Positions 1 to 7,819 of a DNA stretch of 64,000 nucleotides are shown here, piece by piece. The notes under the pieces were generated by a model. It was not told the origin of the DNA. It was given only the letters and a program-made list of their open reading frames with translations, and searched no databases. Position 1 is the stretch's first letter. Every line of letters begins with the position of its first letter. The translations under genes and the position numbers were made by a program. Source of the stretch: Epithemia pelagica (Eukaryota > Protista > Bacillariophyta); contig OX337228.1 of NCBI GenBank assembly GCA_946965045.2, forward strand, positions 3,844,001-3,908,000. Direction: 5' to 3'.

Positions 1-550
1 TATTCCATTAATATCAAAACAGGCCTCGATCATTGTGCGGCGCGAAGCATTGCCTTTCATTACGTCAAGGGCAATGCCATGTACCGACTTCATGCTATTC
101 TCTATCATTTGTGTCCGGCTGGGACCATGTAGCCTTGTGTTACTCATTCTCTTTGCAAGAGTTGCACGTAGCCTGTACGTGTTATTCCATTGCCTCGTTT
201 ATTCCAAAGGAATGGATTTCGAGGTTCTTCTGGTCCAACGTAGGCGCACCGATGTTGAGTTGTTCTTTTGTTGAAGGATGTATTGTAGAACATCTTCGAA
301 AGGAAGATATAACGACTTCAGCAATACCCCTAGAATAGTTTTCATTGTTCCCATGAATCCGATATATTGCTAGGAGCTAGGAGTAGAATCTGGGGGTTGC
401 TAGGTAAACTATTGCAAGGGCTAGGTAGCCCCTGTCATCACCTACGTCCGTCCGTATGTCCATGGGGATGCGATCTGGCAGGGATTTCGATAACTTCATT
501 ATCAATTTGACTGGATGTCTGAGGAAATGTCTCCATCTGAATGGGATGAA

Positions 551-724
551 TGAATAAATCCCGCCAACAGGTCGCATATTGGCGGATACATGGTCGCATA
601 TTGGCGAATATGCATCGCCTACATATGCTGCTACGCATCTAGTTTTCTAGTCATAATTTTGATCTAGCCACTTGTTGCACGCCGTATACACCGTGTTGTA
701 GCGTGTAGTGGCAGGATTTATACA
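551..724 (+). repeat. 5' LTR of copy 1
   Basis: TGAATAAATCC...GGATTTATACA. The ends form a 16-bp inverted repeat with 2 mismatches (TGAATAAATCCCGCCA vs TGTATAAATCCTGCCA). Internal 15-mer GGTCGCATATTGGCG occurs twice (570-584, 592-606). Confidence 0.97.
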
Positions 725-738
725 GTTTATCAGACCCA
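725..738 (+). promoter_or_regulatory. Putative primer-binding site, complementary to a tRNA anticodon arm (half-tRNA type)
   Basis: GTTTATCAGACCCA abuts the LTR-terminal CA. Its reverse complement TGGGT-CTGATAA-AC fits tRNA positions 27-40. Identical in copy 2 (28464-28477). Confidence 0.65.
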
Positions 739-748
739 ACATCGCAGA

Positions 749-820
749 GCCGCAGTGGTTTAGCTGGTAAATGTTTCCTGTTGGCTCGTGGTGCCAGGGG
801 TTCGAATCCCCTCAGACTCA
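749..820 (+). ncRNA. tRNA-like (tRNA-derived) module with Pol III A and B boxes in the retrotransposon leader, copy 1
   Basis: A box TGGTTTAGCTGG (756-767). D arm GTTT/AAAT. T arm AGGGG-TTCGAAT-CCCCT with B box GGTTCGAATCC (799-809). Canonical 23-nt D-to-T spacing. Anticodon and acceptor stems do not pair, so it is not a functional tRNA. Confidence 0.6.
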
Positions 821-1497
821 GCTTTAAGTTAAGACTTCCAATTTCTGGGGGCCGCCATATTTGGGGTGTATGGTACAAGACGTTTCCCCGCTGGTTAAAA
901 GTGCATGTTCTTCTCAAGGGTGGCCGATCAATCCCGGTCGACTGGGATTCACCGCCTTGTACATATGCTATATGCCAATGCACGGGGGAACTAATATGTT
1001 TTTTGTCTAACTCACCAACTATGCTAGCTAAGCTATGCATCATGTGAAACTCCTTGGAGTCTTGCTCTCTGCCTTTTGCCCGTACTGGCAGCGGCTGATC
1101 ACCGCTTGGGAGTGTTCGCGCTAAGCTACTCGTCACGGTATGCTTGCGGCACTACTTATAGTTCACACTCGTGATGTGTGACCCATGGCACTCTCCCATG
1201 TGACGGGGAGCACTCGCTTAAGTGAGCGATTGTTTTGGTAATCTTTTCTCCAAACATGAAAATATAGATACCTCCTTTTGCACTGTGCCGACGCACACGT
1301 CCTAAGTATTTGTTCTCTGCCGACTGCAGCGCAAACGCAAGTCGACACTACTTGTGCACCTTAATTCCAGGTAGAATCGCGAAATCTGCGATCTGCATCA
1401 CCTTTTGGCAATGCCTCCACACTTCTGTGTTTTTGCCTGTGTTTTGCTCTGAACCTCTCCTGCTCCTAGCTCTCTTGCTTTCCTTTTGCCTTCCACC

Positions 1498-3024
1498 ATG
1501 TCTTCATCCACTGCCCCTGAAAATCCCAAGGAAGATTTCAAGGCTGCCGTTAAACGCTGTGGATACAATGATGCCACCGTGACCTACATCATTGAGCAGG
1601 GTTTTGATGATGCTCAATCGTTCATGACTGTTGCGGTCCATCAAGTGCCGTCGATGTTGAAGATGATGGCGAAGACCCCTCCAGAGAACGGGGCCTTTCC
1701 CTTCAGTGCTAACCTGCAGCTCCACGGCTTCCGAATGTGGCTCGAATACCGTTCGTCTCGTGGTCAGGCTCTTAAAGTCTCACTTTTCTCTGATCCGCCC
1801 CTGATCAAGAAATGGACCAAACGTACCCAGGAACTGTTTGCACTCAACAAGGAAGTTGCCTCCGATGAACTGACCCCACCGAAAGAGTTGACTTCGTTTA
1901 CTCAGTGGGAGGTGTTTAACGATGCCTTGCTCACGTTCCTCGCACAGCATCGCAATCCCCCTTTGACATACGTCCTTCGTGAAACTAAGCCTGTCGGTTC
2001 TGAAGCAAGGAATGCTGCCTACGATACTATCGATGACGATTTGATTGCTACTACTATCCTGCAAGGTGATCAGTATGCCCTTGACAATCAACGCGTCTTC
2101 ACACTGATGAAACCTTTCCTTGTTGGCGGACCTGGCCTGACGTTCATCAAGCCACACCAAAAGAAGAAGGACGGCCGTGAGGCGTATCTTGCGTTGACTC
2201 GCCAAGCTACTGGAACAGCAGCTGTCACCATCCGCAAGAAAGAAGCATACGCTGCTATTGCCGACGCAAAGTTTACAGGCCGCGGTCGTTTCTCGTATCA
2301 ACAATATGTTCACCGCCATCAGAAAGCTCATAATACGTTGGCTGAACTTGATGAACCCGTTGCCGAAACCAAAAAGGTAACCGATTTCCTCAAAGGTATA
2401 TCGGATCCCTCTTTGGCAGCGGGAAAGACGGTCGTCAACGGTGACGCAGCAAAGCTTTCTGATTTTGAAGCATGCCAGCAGTATTTTGGCACGTTGATTG
2501 CTGCATCCCGTACCGACAAGACCAATGACGAGAATCGAAAGATTGCTGGTGTGGGTACGACTAAGACTAGTGGAAAGAAGAATGGTCGTAACAAGCAGAA
2601 TAAGAAGAAGACACGTCATTACAGTTTGGATGAATGGCGCAAGCTCTCTGATGAAGAGAAGGCCGAAATCCTCCGTGCCCGTAAAGAACAGAAAGACGCT
2701 AATGGAAAGCGCAAGGCCGGAGCCGTGCGAACTGAAGATGAAAATGGCTCTCGCAAGTTGAGTAAAACTGAAACTCCAAAGTCTGATGACATGAAATTGG
2801 AGACCACTGACCTGGATGGCGACGACGCGCCAAACCATTCCGAGCCTGATCCTTCTGTTGCTGATGAACCGACTGTTCCCAAAACCTCAGCCGGAAACAG
2901 TTTCGGACGCTTTGCCCATAGTAAAAAAGGATCTACAAAGCCGCACAACCCTGATGAAACCAAGGAGCCTACAACTGCCGTTGCGAAAGCTGCCCTTGCT
3001 GATAAGGCCACAAAGCAGACCTGA
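1498..3024 (+). CDS. gag: Gag of copia element copy 1
   Basis: Open ORF from ATG 1498 to TGA 3022-3024. Diatom copia Gag-like motifs (PLTYVLR, YQQYVHRHQKAHNTL, KVTDFLKGISD) and a basic C-terminus. Confidence 0.9.
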   Translation: MSSSTAPENPKEDFKAAVKRCGYNDATVTYIIEQGFDDAQSFMTVAVHQVPSMLKMMAKTPPENGAFPFSANLQLHGFRMWLEYRSSRGQALKVSLFSDPPLIKKWTKRTQELFALNKEVASDELTPPKELTSFTQWEVFNDALLTFLAQHRNPPLTYVLRETKPVGSEARNAAYDTIDDDLIATTILQGDQYALDNQRVFTLMKPFLVGGPGLTFIKPHQKKKDGREAYLALTRQATGTAAVTIRKKEAYAAIADAKFTGRGRFSYQQYVHRHQKAHNTLAELDEPVAETKKVTDFLKGISDPSLAAGKTVVNGDAAKLSDFEACQQYFGTLIAASRTDKTNDENRKIAGVGTTKTSGKKNGRNKQNKKKTRHYSLDEWRKLSDEEKAEILRARKEQKDANGKRKAGAVRTEDENGSRKLSKTETPKSDDMKLETTDLDGDDAPNHSEPDPSVADEPTVPKTSAGNSFGRFAHSKKGSTKPHNPDETKEPTTAVAKAALADKATKQT

Positions 3025-6000
3025 GGCTGTGTGCCCAGTGATGAAATTGATAAAACGAATCTTATCCGTCCACATTTCTCACTTGTAGGCACCCCTACCT
3101 TCAGCTTAGCCTTTGCACACCGTTTATGTGCTGCCGTATCACAGTCCCATACCACTGATCCGATTGATCTGACATGTGAAATGGACTCGCATGCTGACAC
3201 TTGTTGTGTTGGTCGCAACTTTGTGAAATTCAGGGAACCTGACCGTTACATCACTGTTTCCCCATTCTCAGAGGAATATAAACCCCTCGAGCGTATCCCC
3301 GTCACCACGACCGCCACTGTCTGGACTGATGCCCACAACAATAGTTATCTATTGCTGTTTCACGAGTCGTTATTCTTCGGGGACCGATTGTCCCAATCAT
3401 TGATTTGTCCCAATCAACTGCGTTCAAACGGCCTCATTGTCCATGATGTGCCGCGTCAGTTTGACCCTTACAGCACACACAGCATTCGTATTCCCGATGC
3501 TGACCTGACCATTCCTCTAGAAATGTCCGGTGTTATCTCTGGCTTCGCGACCACGAAGCCAACCCCGGAGGAGCTCGAGTCGCTCCCACGGATAGTCATG
3601 ACTGCTGATTCGGTGTGGCACCCTCATTCGTCCACCTTTGCTGCCGCGGAGGAGAAAGCCAATGCATCCAATGCATCTGCTGTCCGCCAAGTTGATCCGA
3701 ATTCGATTGCTGCATCCTGTGTCCCGCGATTGGTTGCTGCCGTCCGATCATACGACGAAACCTATGGCTATTGCATGGAACTTGAGAATGACGAGGATGA
3801 ACTATGCAACCGCTTAGTTGCTGCCGTTCGAGTGTCCCATCCACCAAGTGCCGAGGACACTGTGGACATTGAGGACCTTGATCCCGACCAATACTTTCTC
3901 AAAGCCGTTAAGTCTGCTTCGTCACGACCAACGAAAGCCGTAAAAGTCTTGCCATCTTCTTCTAAGACTGTACTTGATCCCCAGACCTTGTCTTCTCGAT
4001 GGAATGTCGGCCTTACTAAGGCCAAGAAGACTTTACAAGTGACAACCCAGGCTGGGGTCCGAAATGTCCTTGTCCCATCCGAACGCAAGGTCCGAAAGAA
4101 AGCTCCATGGCTCAAATTCCCGAATGTCAAGGGACGATGGTTTTGCGACGAGATGTTCTCCAAGTGCCCATCGCTTGATCTTCACACGGGTGCTTCCGTA
4201 TTTACTGATGGAAAGGGCTATGATTTTGTCTATCCCTGGAAATCAAAGAAGCAACACCCTGAAGGTCTGATGTCCCTTATCCAGAATGTCGGAATTCCTC
4301 AGACGTTAATTTCTGATGGTGCGCAGGAGCTATTTCATGGACGTTCTCGTGACATCTGTAATGAGTACCGTATCAAACAAGAAGTGACCGTCCCATACAG
4401 TCAATGGCAGAATGCCGCGGAAGCGAGCATCCGAGAGTTGAAGAAAGGTGTTATTAGGAAGTTACGTCAAACTGGTGCACCACGACGCACATGGTCCTAT
4501 GCGCTGAAGTGGGTTGCCTCTGTCCGCCAGTTAACTGCCTCTGATATCCCTGAACTTAATGGACGAACGCCATTTGAACACGTTCTTGGATCGACACCCG
4601 ACATCTCTCCCATGGCTTTGTTTGATTTCTATCAACCTGTATACTATTATACGCCGTCGCATGACTTCACTCATGAGCGTAAATGTATTGGGCGCTGGCT
4701 TGGTCTTGCCGATGACTGTATTGATGACATGGCCTTCAACGTCTTGACAGAGAAAGGTCGAGTTATTGTCCGAAAAGATGTGTGGGCAATCCCTGACGAC
4801 GATATGAAAAATCCCACAATCCGTCAACAACTGGAAGTCTATGATGGTCTTATCAAGACTCTCCTCGTGGATACATCGCCGTCCTCCGATGAAGATGCCG
4901 CCAACGTTTCCCCTGATCCACCCGATGATTTCTTTGGAGAAGACGAAAGCGAATCTCTCTTTCCTGCTGCTCTTGACTCCGATACACCTCTCCCTGATGC
5001 TGACGACTACACTCCGGAGGAGTTAGACGAATATCTCACAGCCGAAGTCATGCTGCCGCATGGCGGGGACCAGGCCAGAGCCAAGATCATAGGCCGCTCC
5101 AAAGATGAACATGGCCGACCAATTGGCAAACGTGATCCAAATCCAATCTTAGACACACGTTTCTATGACGTGCTGTATCCCGATGGATCGACCGAATCTC
5201 TTGCTGCCAATCTCATTGCCGAGAACCTTTACTCTCAAGTCGACACTGAGGGCAACTCCTATGCCATTGTAAAGGATATCATTGGACATCGCAAAACCAA
5301 GGACGCTGTCCTCGGAACGGATCCGGACTGGTTGAATGGCCGTAAACGCCATACAACCGTTGGTTGGGAACATGAGTGTGAACTCTCCGATGGTTCTACT
5401 GTTTGGATCCCTCTCAAAGATCTCAAAAAAGATTCGCCTGTACAACTAGCCGAATATGCTGTTGCGGCGGGGCTTGCCAAAGAACCGGCCTATGCCTGGT
5501 GGGTTCCACATACGTTACGCAAACGTGGTGTGATTCTTGCAAAAGTAAAATCTCGCTATTGGAAACGTACCCACAAATATGGTATTGAACTGCCCAAAAC
5601 CGTTCAAGAAGCTCTTGAGATTGATCGTCGAACGGGGACTGATTTCTGGCGGAAAGCCATCGAAAAGGAGATGAAAAATGTTCGCATTGCCTTTGAATTC
5701 CGTGATGATGACAAAGTACCAATTGGATACAAACATATCCCATGTCATATGGTCTTTGATATCAAGTCTGATCTTCGCCGTAAAGCCCGACTGGTTGCCG
5801 GCGGGCATAAGACTGATCCACCGAAGGAGTCCACGTACTCCAGTGTTGTATCCCGTGATAGCGTACGAATTGCATTCACTATCGCTGCCCTTAATGGCCT
5901 GGACGTATTGGCCGGGGACGTACAAAATGCATACCTCAATGCACCAACAAAAGAGCGAACTTATATTACGGCGGGACTAGAATTTGGTCCCGAAAACGTT

Positions 6001-7281
6001 GGCCGACCTGCACTGATTGTTCGTGCTCTGTATGGTTTGAAGAGTTCTGCTGCTCGTTGGCGTGATCACATTGCCGCAACACTTCGTGAAATGAAGTTCA
6101 ACAGTTGCTTGGCTGACCCTGATGTCTGGCTTCGACCTCAAGTCCGACCATCTGATGGGTTCCAATACTATGAGTATGTACTTGTCTACATAGACGACAT
6201 ACTCTGTGTCAGTCATGATCCGCGATCGATCATGAATGATCTGGAAAAACGGTATACCATCAAACCCGAGAGTATTAAAGACCCAGACGAATACTTGGGA
6301 TCTGAGATTCGACACTATACCATACCAGATACTGACGATCCTGAGAACAAACCCCGATGGGCCATGTCCTCCGACAAATATGTTAAACGTGCCATATCTG
6401 AAATTGAGACCGAACTGTCTAAAGTTGGCCAAAAGCTACAGACACGAGTCTCAACTCCGCTTGCCACTGGGTATCGTCCTGAGATCGACTCATCTCCTGA
6501 ACTGGACCCCCGACGTGCAAATTACTATCAGGGACTAATTGGTATCCTTCGTTGGGTTGTGGAACTTGGTCGTATCGATATCATTGTTGCCGTATCACAA
6601 CTGTCCCGATATCTAGCCATGCCACGTGAAGGACACCTCGAACAAGCCTTGCACATTTTTGCATACCTAAAAGCGCATGGACGTTCCACCCTAGTGTTCG
6701 ACGACACAACTCCGACCTTCGACGAGGATCGTTTCTTCCAGGCAGACTGGTCTGAATACTACCCTGATGCTAGTGACCCTTTGCCGCCCAATATGCCACC
6801 ACCTCGTGGACGGGCTGTTACCACAACTTGTTTTGTTGATGCCGATCACGCTGGTTGTCTTGCTACGCGTCGCTCACAAACTGGTATTCTTATGTTCTTA
6901 CAACGAGCACCTATCTTGTGGTATTCCAAACGACAGAGTACTGTTGAGACATCAACGTTTGGCTCCGAATTTGTCGCAATGAAGACTGCCATCGAACAGA
7001 TAGAGGGTTTCCGTTACAAGTTGAGAATGATGGGCATTCCACTTGATGGCGAAACCAATGTGTTCTGTGATAATGAATCTGTGTTCAAGAGTGCAACCAT
7101 GCCTGAAGTCACTCTGAAGAAGAAACACAATGCGATTGCTTACCATCGCACACGTGAGGCACAAGCCGCCAACATCGTGCGTATCGCCTGGGAAGAAGGT
7201 GAAACCAATCTTGCGGACCTGCTGACAAAATCGTTACCAGGACCCCGATTGCGTTTTCTAGCACAACGTGTTTTGTGGTGA
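3025..7281 (+). CDS. pol: Pol (protease-integrase-chromodomain-like-RT-RNase H) of copy 1, in frame with gag behind a single UGA
   Basis: PR DSHADT. IN D..D..E (DEMF, LISDGAQE, QNAAEASIRELK). RT KARLVAGGH, LYGLKSS, YIDD. RH FVDADHAG, SEFVA, FCDNESV, ADLLTK. No stop over 1416 codons. Confidence 0.96.
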   Translation, partial: GCVPSDEIDKTNLIRPHFSLVGTPTFSLAFAHRLCAAVSQSHTTDPIDLTCEMDSHADTCCVGRNFVKFREPDRYITVSPFSEEYKPLERIPVTTTATVWTDAHNNSYLLLFHESLFFGDRLSQSLICPNQLRSNGLIVHDVPRQFDPYSTHSIRIPDADLTIPLEMSGVISGFATTKPTPEELESLPRIVMTADSVWHPHSSTFAAAEEKANASNASAVRQVDPNSIAASCVPRLVAAVRSYDETYGYCMELENDEDELCNRLVAAVRVSHPPSAEDTVDIEDLDPDQYFLKAVKSASSRPTKAVKVLPSSSKTVLDPQTLSSRWNVGLTKAKKTLQVTTQAGVRNVLVPSERKVRKKAPWLKFPNVKGRWFCDEMFSKCPSLDLHTGASVFTDGKGYDFVYPWKSKKQHPEGLMSLIQNVGIPQTLISDGAQELFHGRSRDICNEYRIKQEVTVPYSQWQNAAEASIRELKKGVIRKLRQTGAPRRTWSYALKWVASVRQLTASDIPELNGRTPFEHVLGSTPDISPMALFDFYQPVYYYTPSHDFTHERKCIGRWLGLADDCIDDMAFNVLTEKGRVIVRKDVWAIPDDDMKNPTIRQQLEVYDGLIKTLLVDTSPSSDEDAANVSPDPPDDFFGEDESESLFPAALDSDTPLPDADDYTPEELDEYLTAEVMLPHGGDQARAKIIGRSKDEHGRPIGKRDPNPILDTRFYDVLYPDGSTESLAANLIAENLYSQVDTEGNSYAIVKDIIGHRKTKDAVLGTDPDWLNGRKRHTTVGWEHECELSDGSTVWIPLKDLKKDSPVQLAEYAVAAGLAKEPAYAWWVPHTLRKRGVILAKVKSRYWKRTHKYGIELPKTVQEALEIDRRTGTDFWRKAIEKEMKNVRIAFEFRDDDKVPIGYKHIPCHMVFDIKSDLRRKARLVAGGHKTDPPKESTYSSVVSRDSVRIAFTIAALNGLDVLAGDVQNAYLNAPTKERTYITAGLEFGPENVGRPALIVRALYGLKSSAARWRDHIAATLREMKFNSCLADPDVWLRPQVRPSDGFQYYEYVLVYIDDILCVSHDPRSIMNDLEKRYTIKPESIKDPDEYLGSEIRHYTIPDTDDPENKPRWAMSSDKYVKRAISEIETELSKVGQKLQTRVSTPLATGYRPEIDSSPELDPRRANYYQGLIGILRWVVELGRIDIIVAVSQLSRYLAMPREGHLEQALHIFAYLKAHGRSTLVFDDTTPTFDEDRFFQADWSEYYPDASDPLPPNMPPPRGRAVTTTCFVDADHAGCLATRRSQTGILMFLQRAPILWYSKRQSTVETSTFGSEFVAMKTAIEQIEGFRYKLRMMGIPLDGETNVFCDNESVFKSATMPEVTLKKKHNAIAYHRTREAQAANIVRIAWEEGETNLADLLTKSLPGPRLRFLAQRVLW

Positions 7282-7427
7282 TTACATGATCGAATTCATT
7301 GTCCTCACACCCCTCTTTTATTGTCCGAATAGACACCCCTCTTAATTGAGAAAAAATAGTCCTGATGGACCGGCCTCTGCTGAAACAAGTCGTGGGCGAC
7401 CTAGTCGAAATGCTTCCGATCTAGCTC

Positions 7428-7435
7428 GCGGGGAC
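7428..7435 (+). promoter_or_regulatory. Short polypurine-tract-like plus-strand primer site
   Basis: GCGGGGAC immediately precedes the 3' LTR in both copies. Confidence 0.5.
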
Positions 7436-7609
7436 TGAATAAATCCCGCCAACAGGTCGCATATTGGCGGATACATGGTCGCATATTGGCGAATATGCAT
7501 CGCCTACATATGCTGCTACGCATCTAGTTTTCTAGTCATAATTTTGATCTAGCCACTTGTTGCACGCCGTATACACCGTGTTGTAGCGTGTAGTGGCAGG
7601 ATTTATACA
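7436..7609 (+). repeat. 3' LTR of copy 1
   Basis: Identical to 551-724 on visual comparison. Confidence 0.97.
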
Positions 7610-7819
7610 TGAAATCTTATTGGTCCTGAAACTCTTTTTCTTCGTTGATCACGACGACGAAACAGAAGAAAAAACAAAAGATCGAATAGAAAGGCATTAT
7701 ACTTCTCGTTCTCTTTTGATTTGTTCCTGGCCACTCGCGTTCGTTCAAGTATATCTTGTTTCTCTCTGTATTGAGTCACCTCCCTCCCTCTTTCATTGCA
7801 TTCCCCTGAGTTTCGAACC

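Larger units (their letters stand above)
551..7609 (+). mobile_element. Ty1/copia LTR retrotransposon (CoDi-like), copy 1, full length
   Basis: Two identical 174-bp LTRs (TG...CA). Internal gag plus pol in copia order PR-IN-RT-RH. Flanked by direct repeat TGAA (547-550 and 7610-7613). Confidence 0.97.

Noticed and set aside
1-550. Possible gene fragment upstream of copy 1
   Set aside because: Short frames on both strands are interrupted by stops and show no recognisable motif.
551-738. Tf1-style self-priming
   Set aside because: No complement of the PBS (GGGTCTGATAAAC) found within the LTR.
749-820. Element-encoded functional or UGA-suppressor tRNA
   Set aside because: Anticodon and acceptor stems do not pair and there is no UCA anticodon in any plausible register. 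Kept only as a tRNA-derived Pol III module.
651-1136. 161-aa antisense ORF across leader and LTR (also 28386-28874)
   Set aside because: Non-ATG start, no homology cues, and a 1-nt indel between the copies changes its C-terminus.
1780-2838. 352/356-aa antisense ORF over gag (also 29518-30588)
   Set aside because: No recognisable motifs. It is a typical shadow ORF, and its presence in both copies is uninformative at about 99% identity.
7282-7435. SECIS element that would make the gag-pol UGA a selenocysteine codon
   Set aside because: No AUGA...AA...GA kink-turn hairpin could be paired by hand in the 3' UTR. SECISearch would be the formal test.
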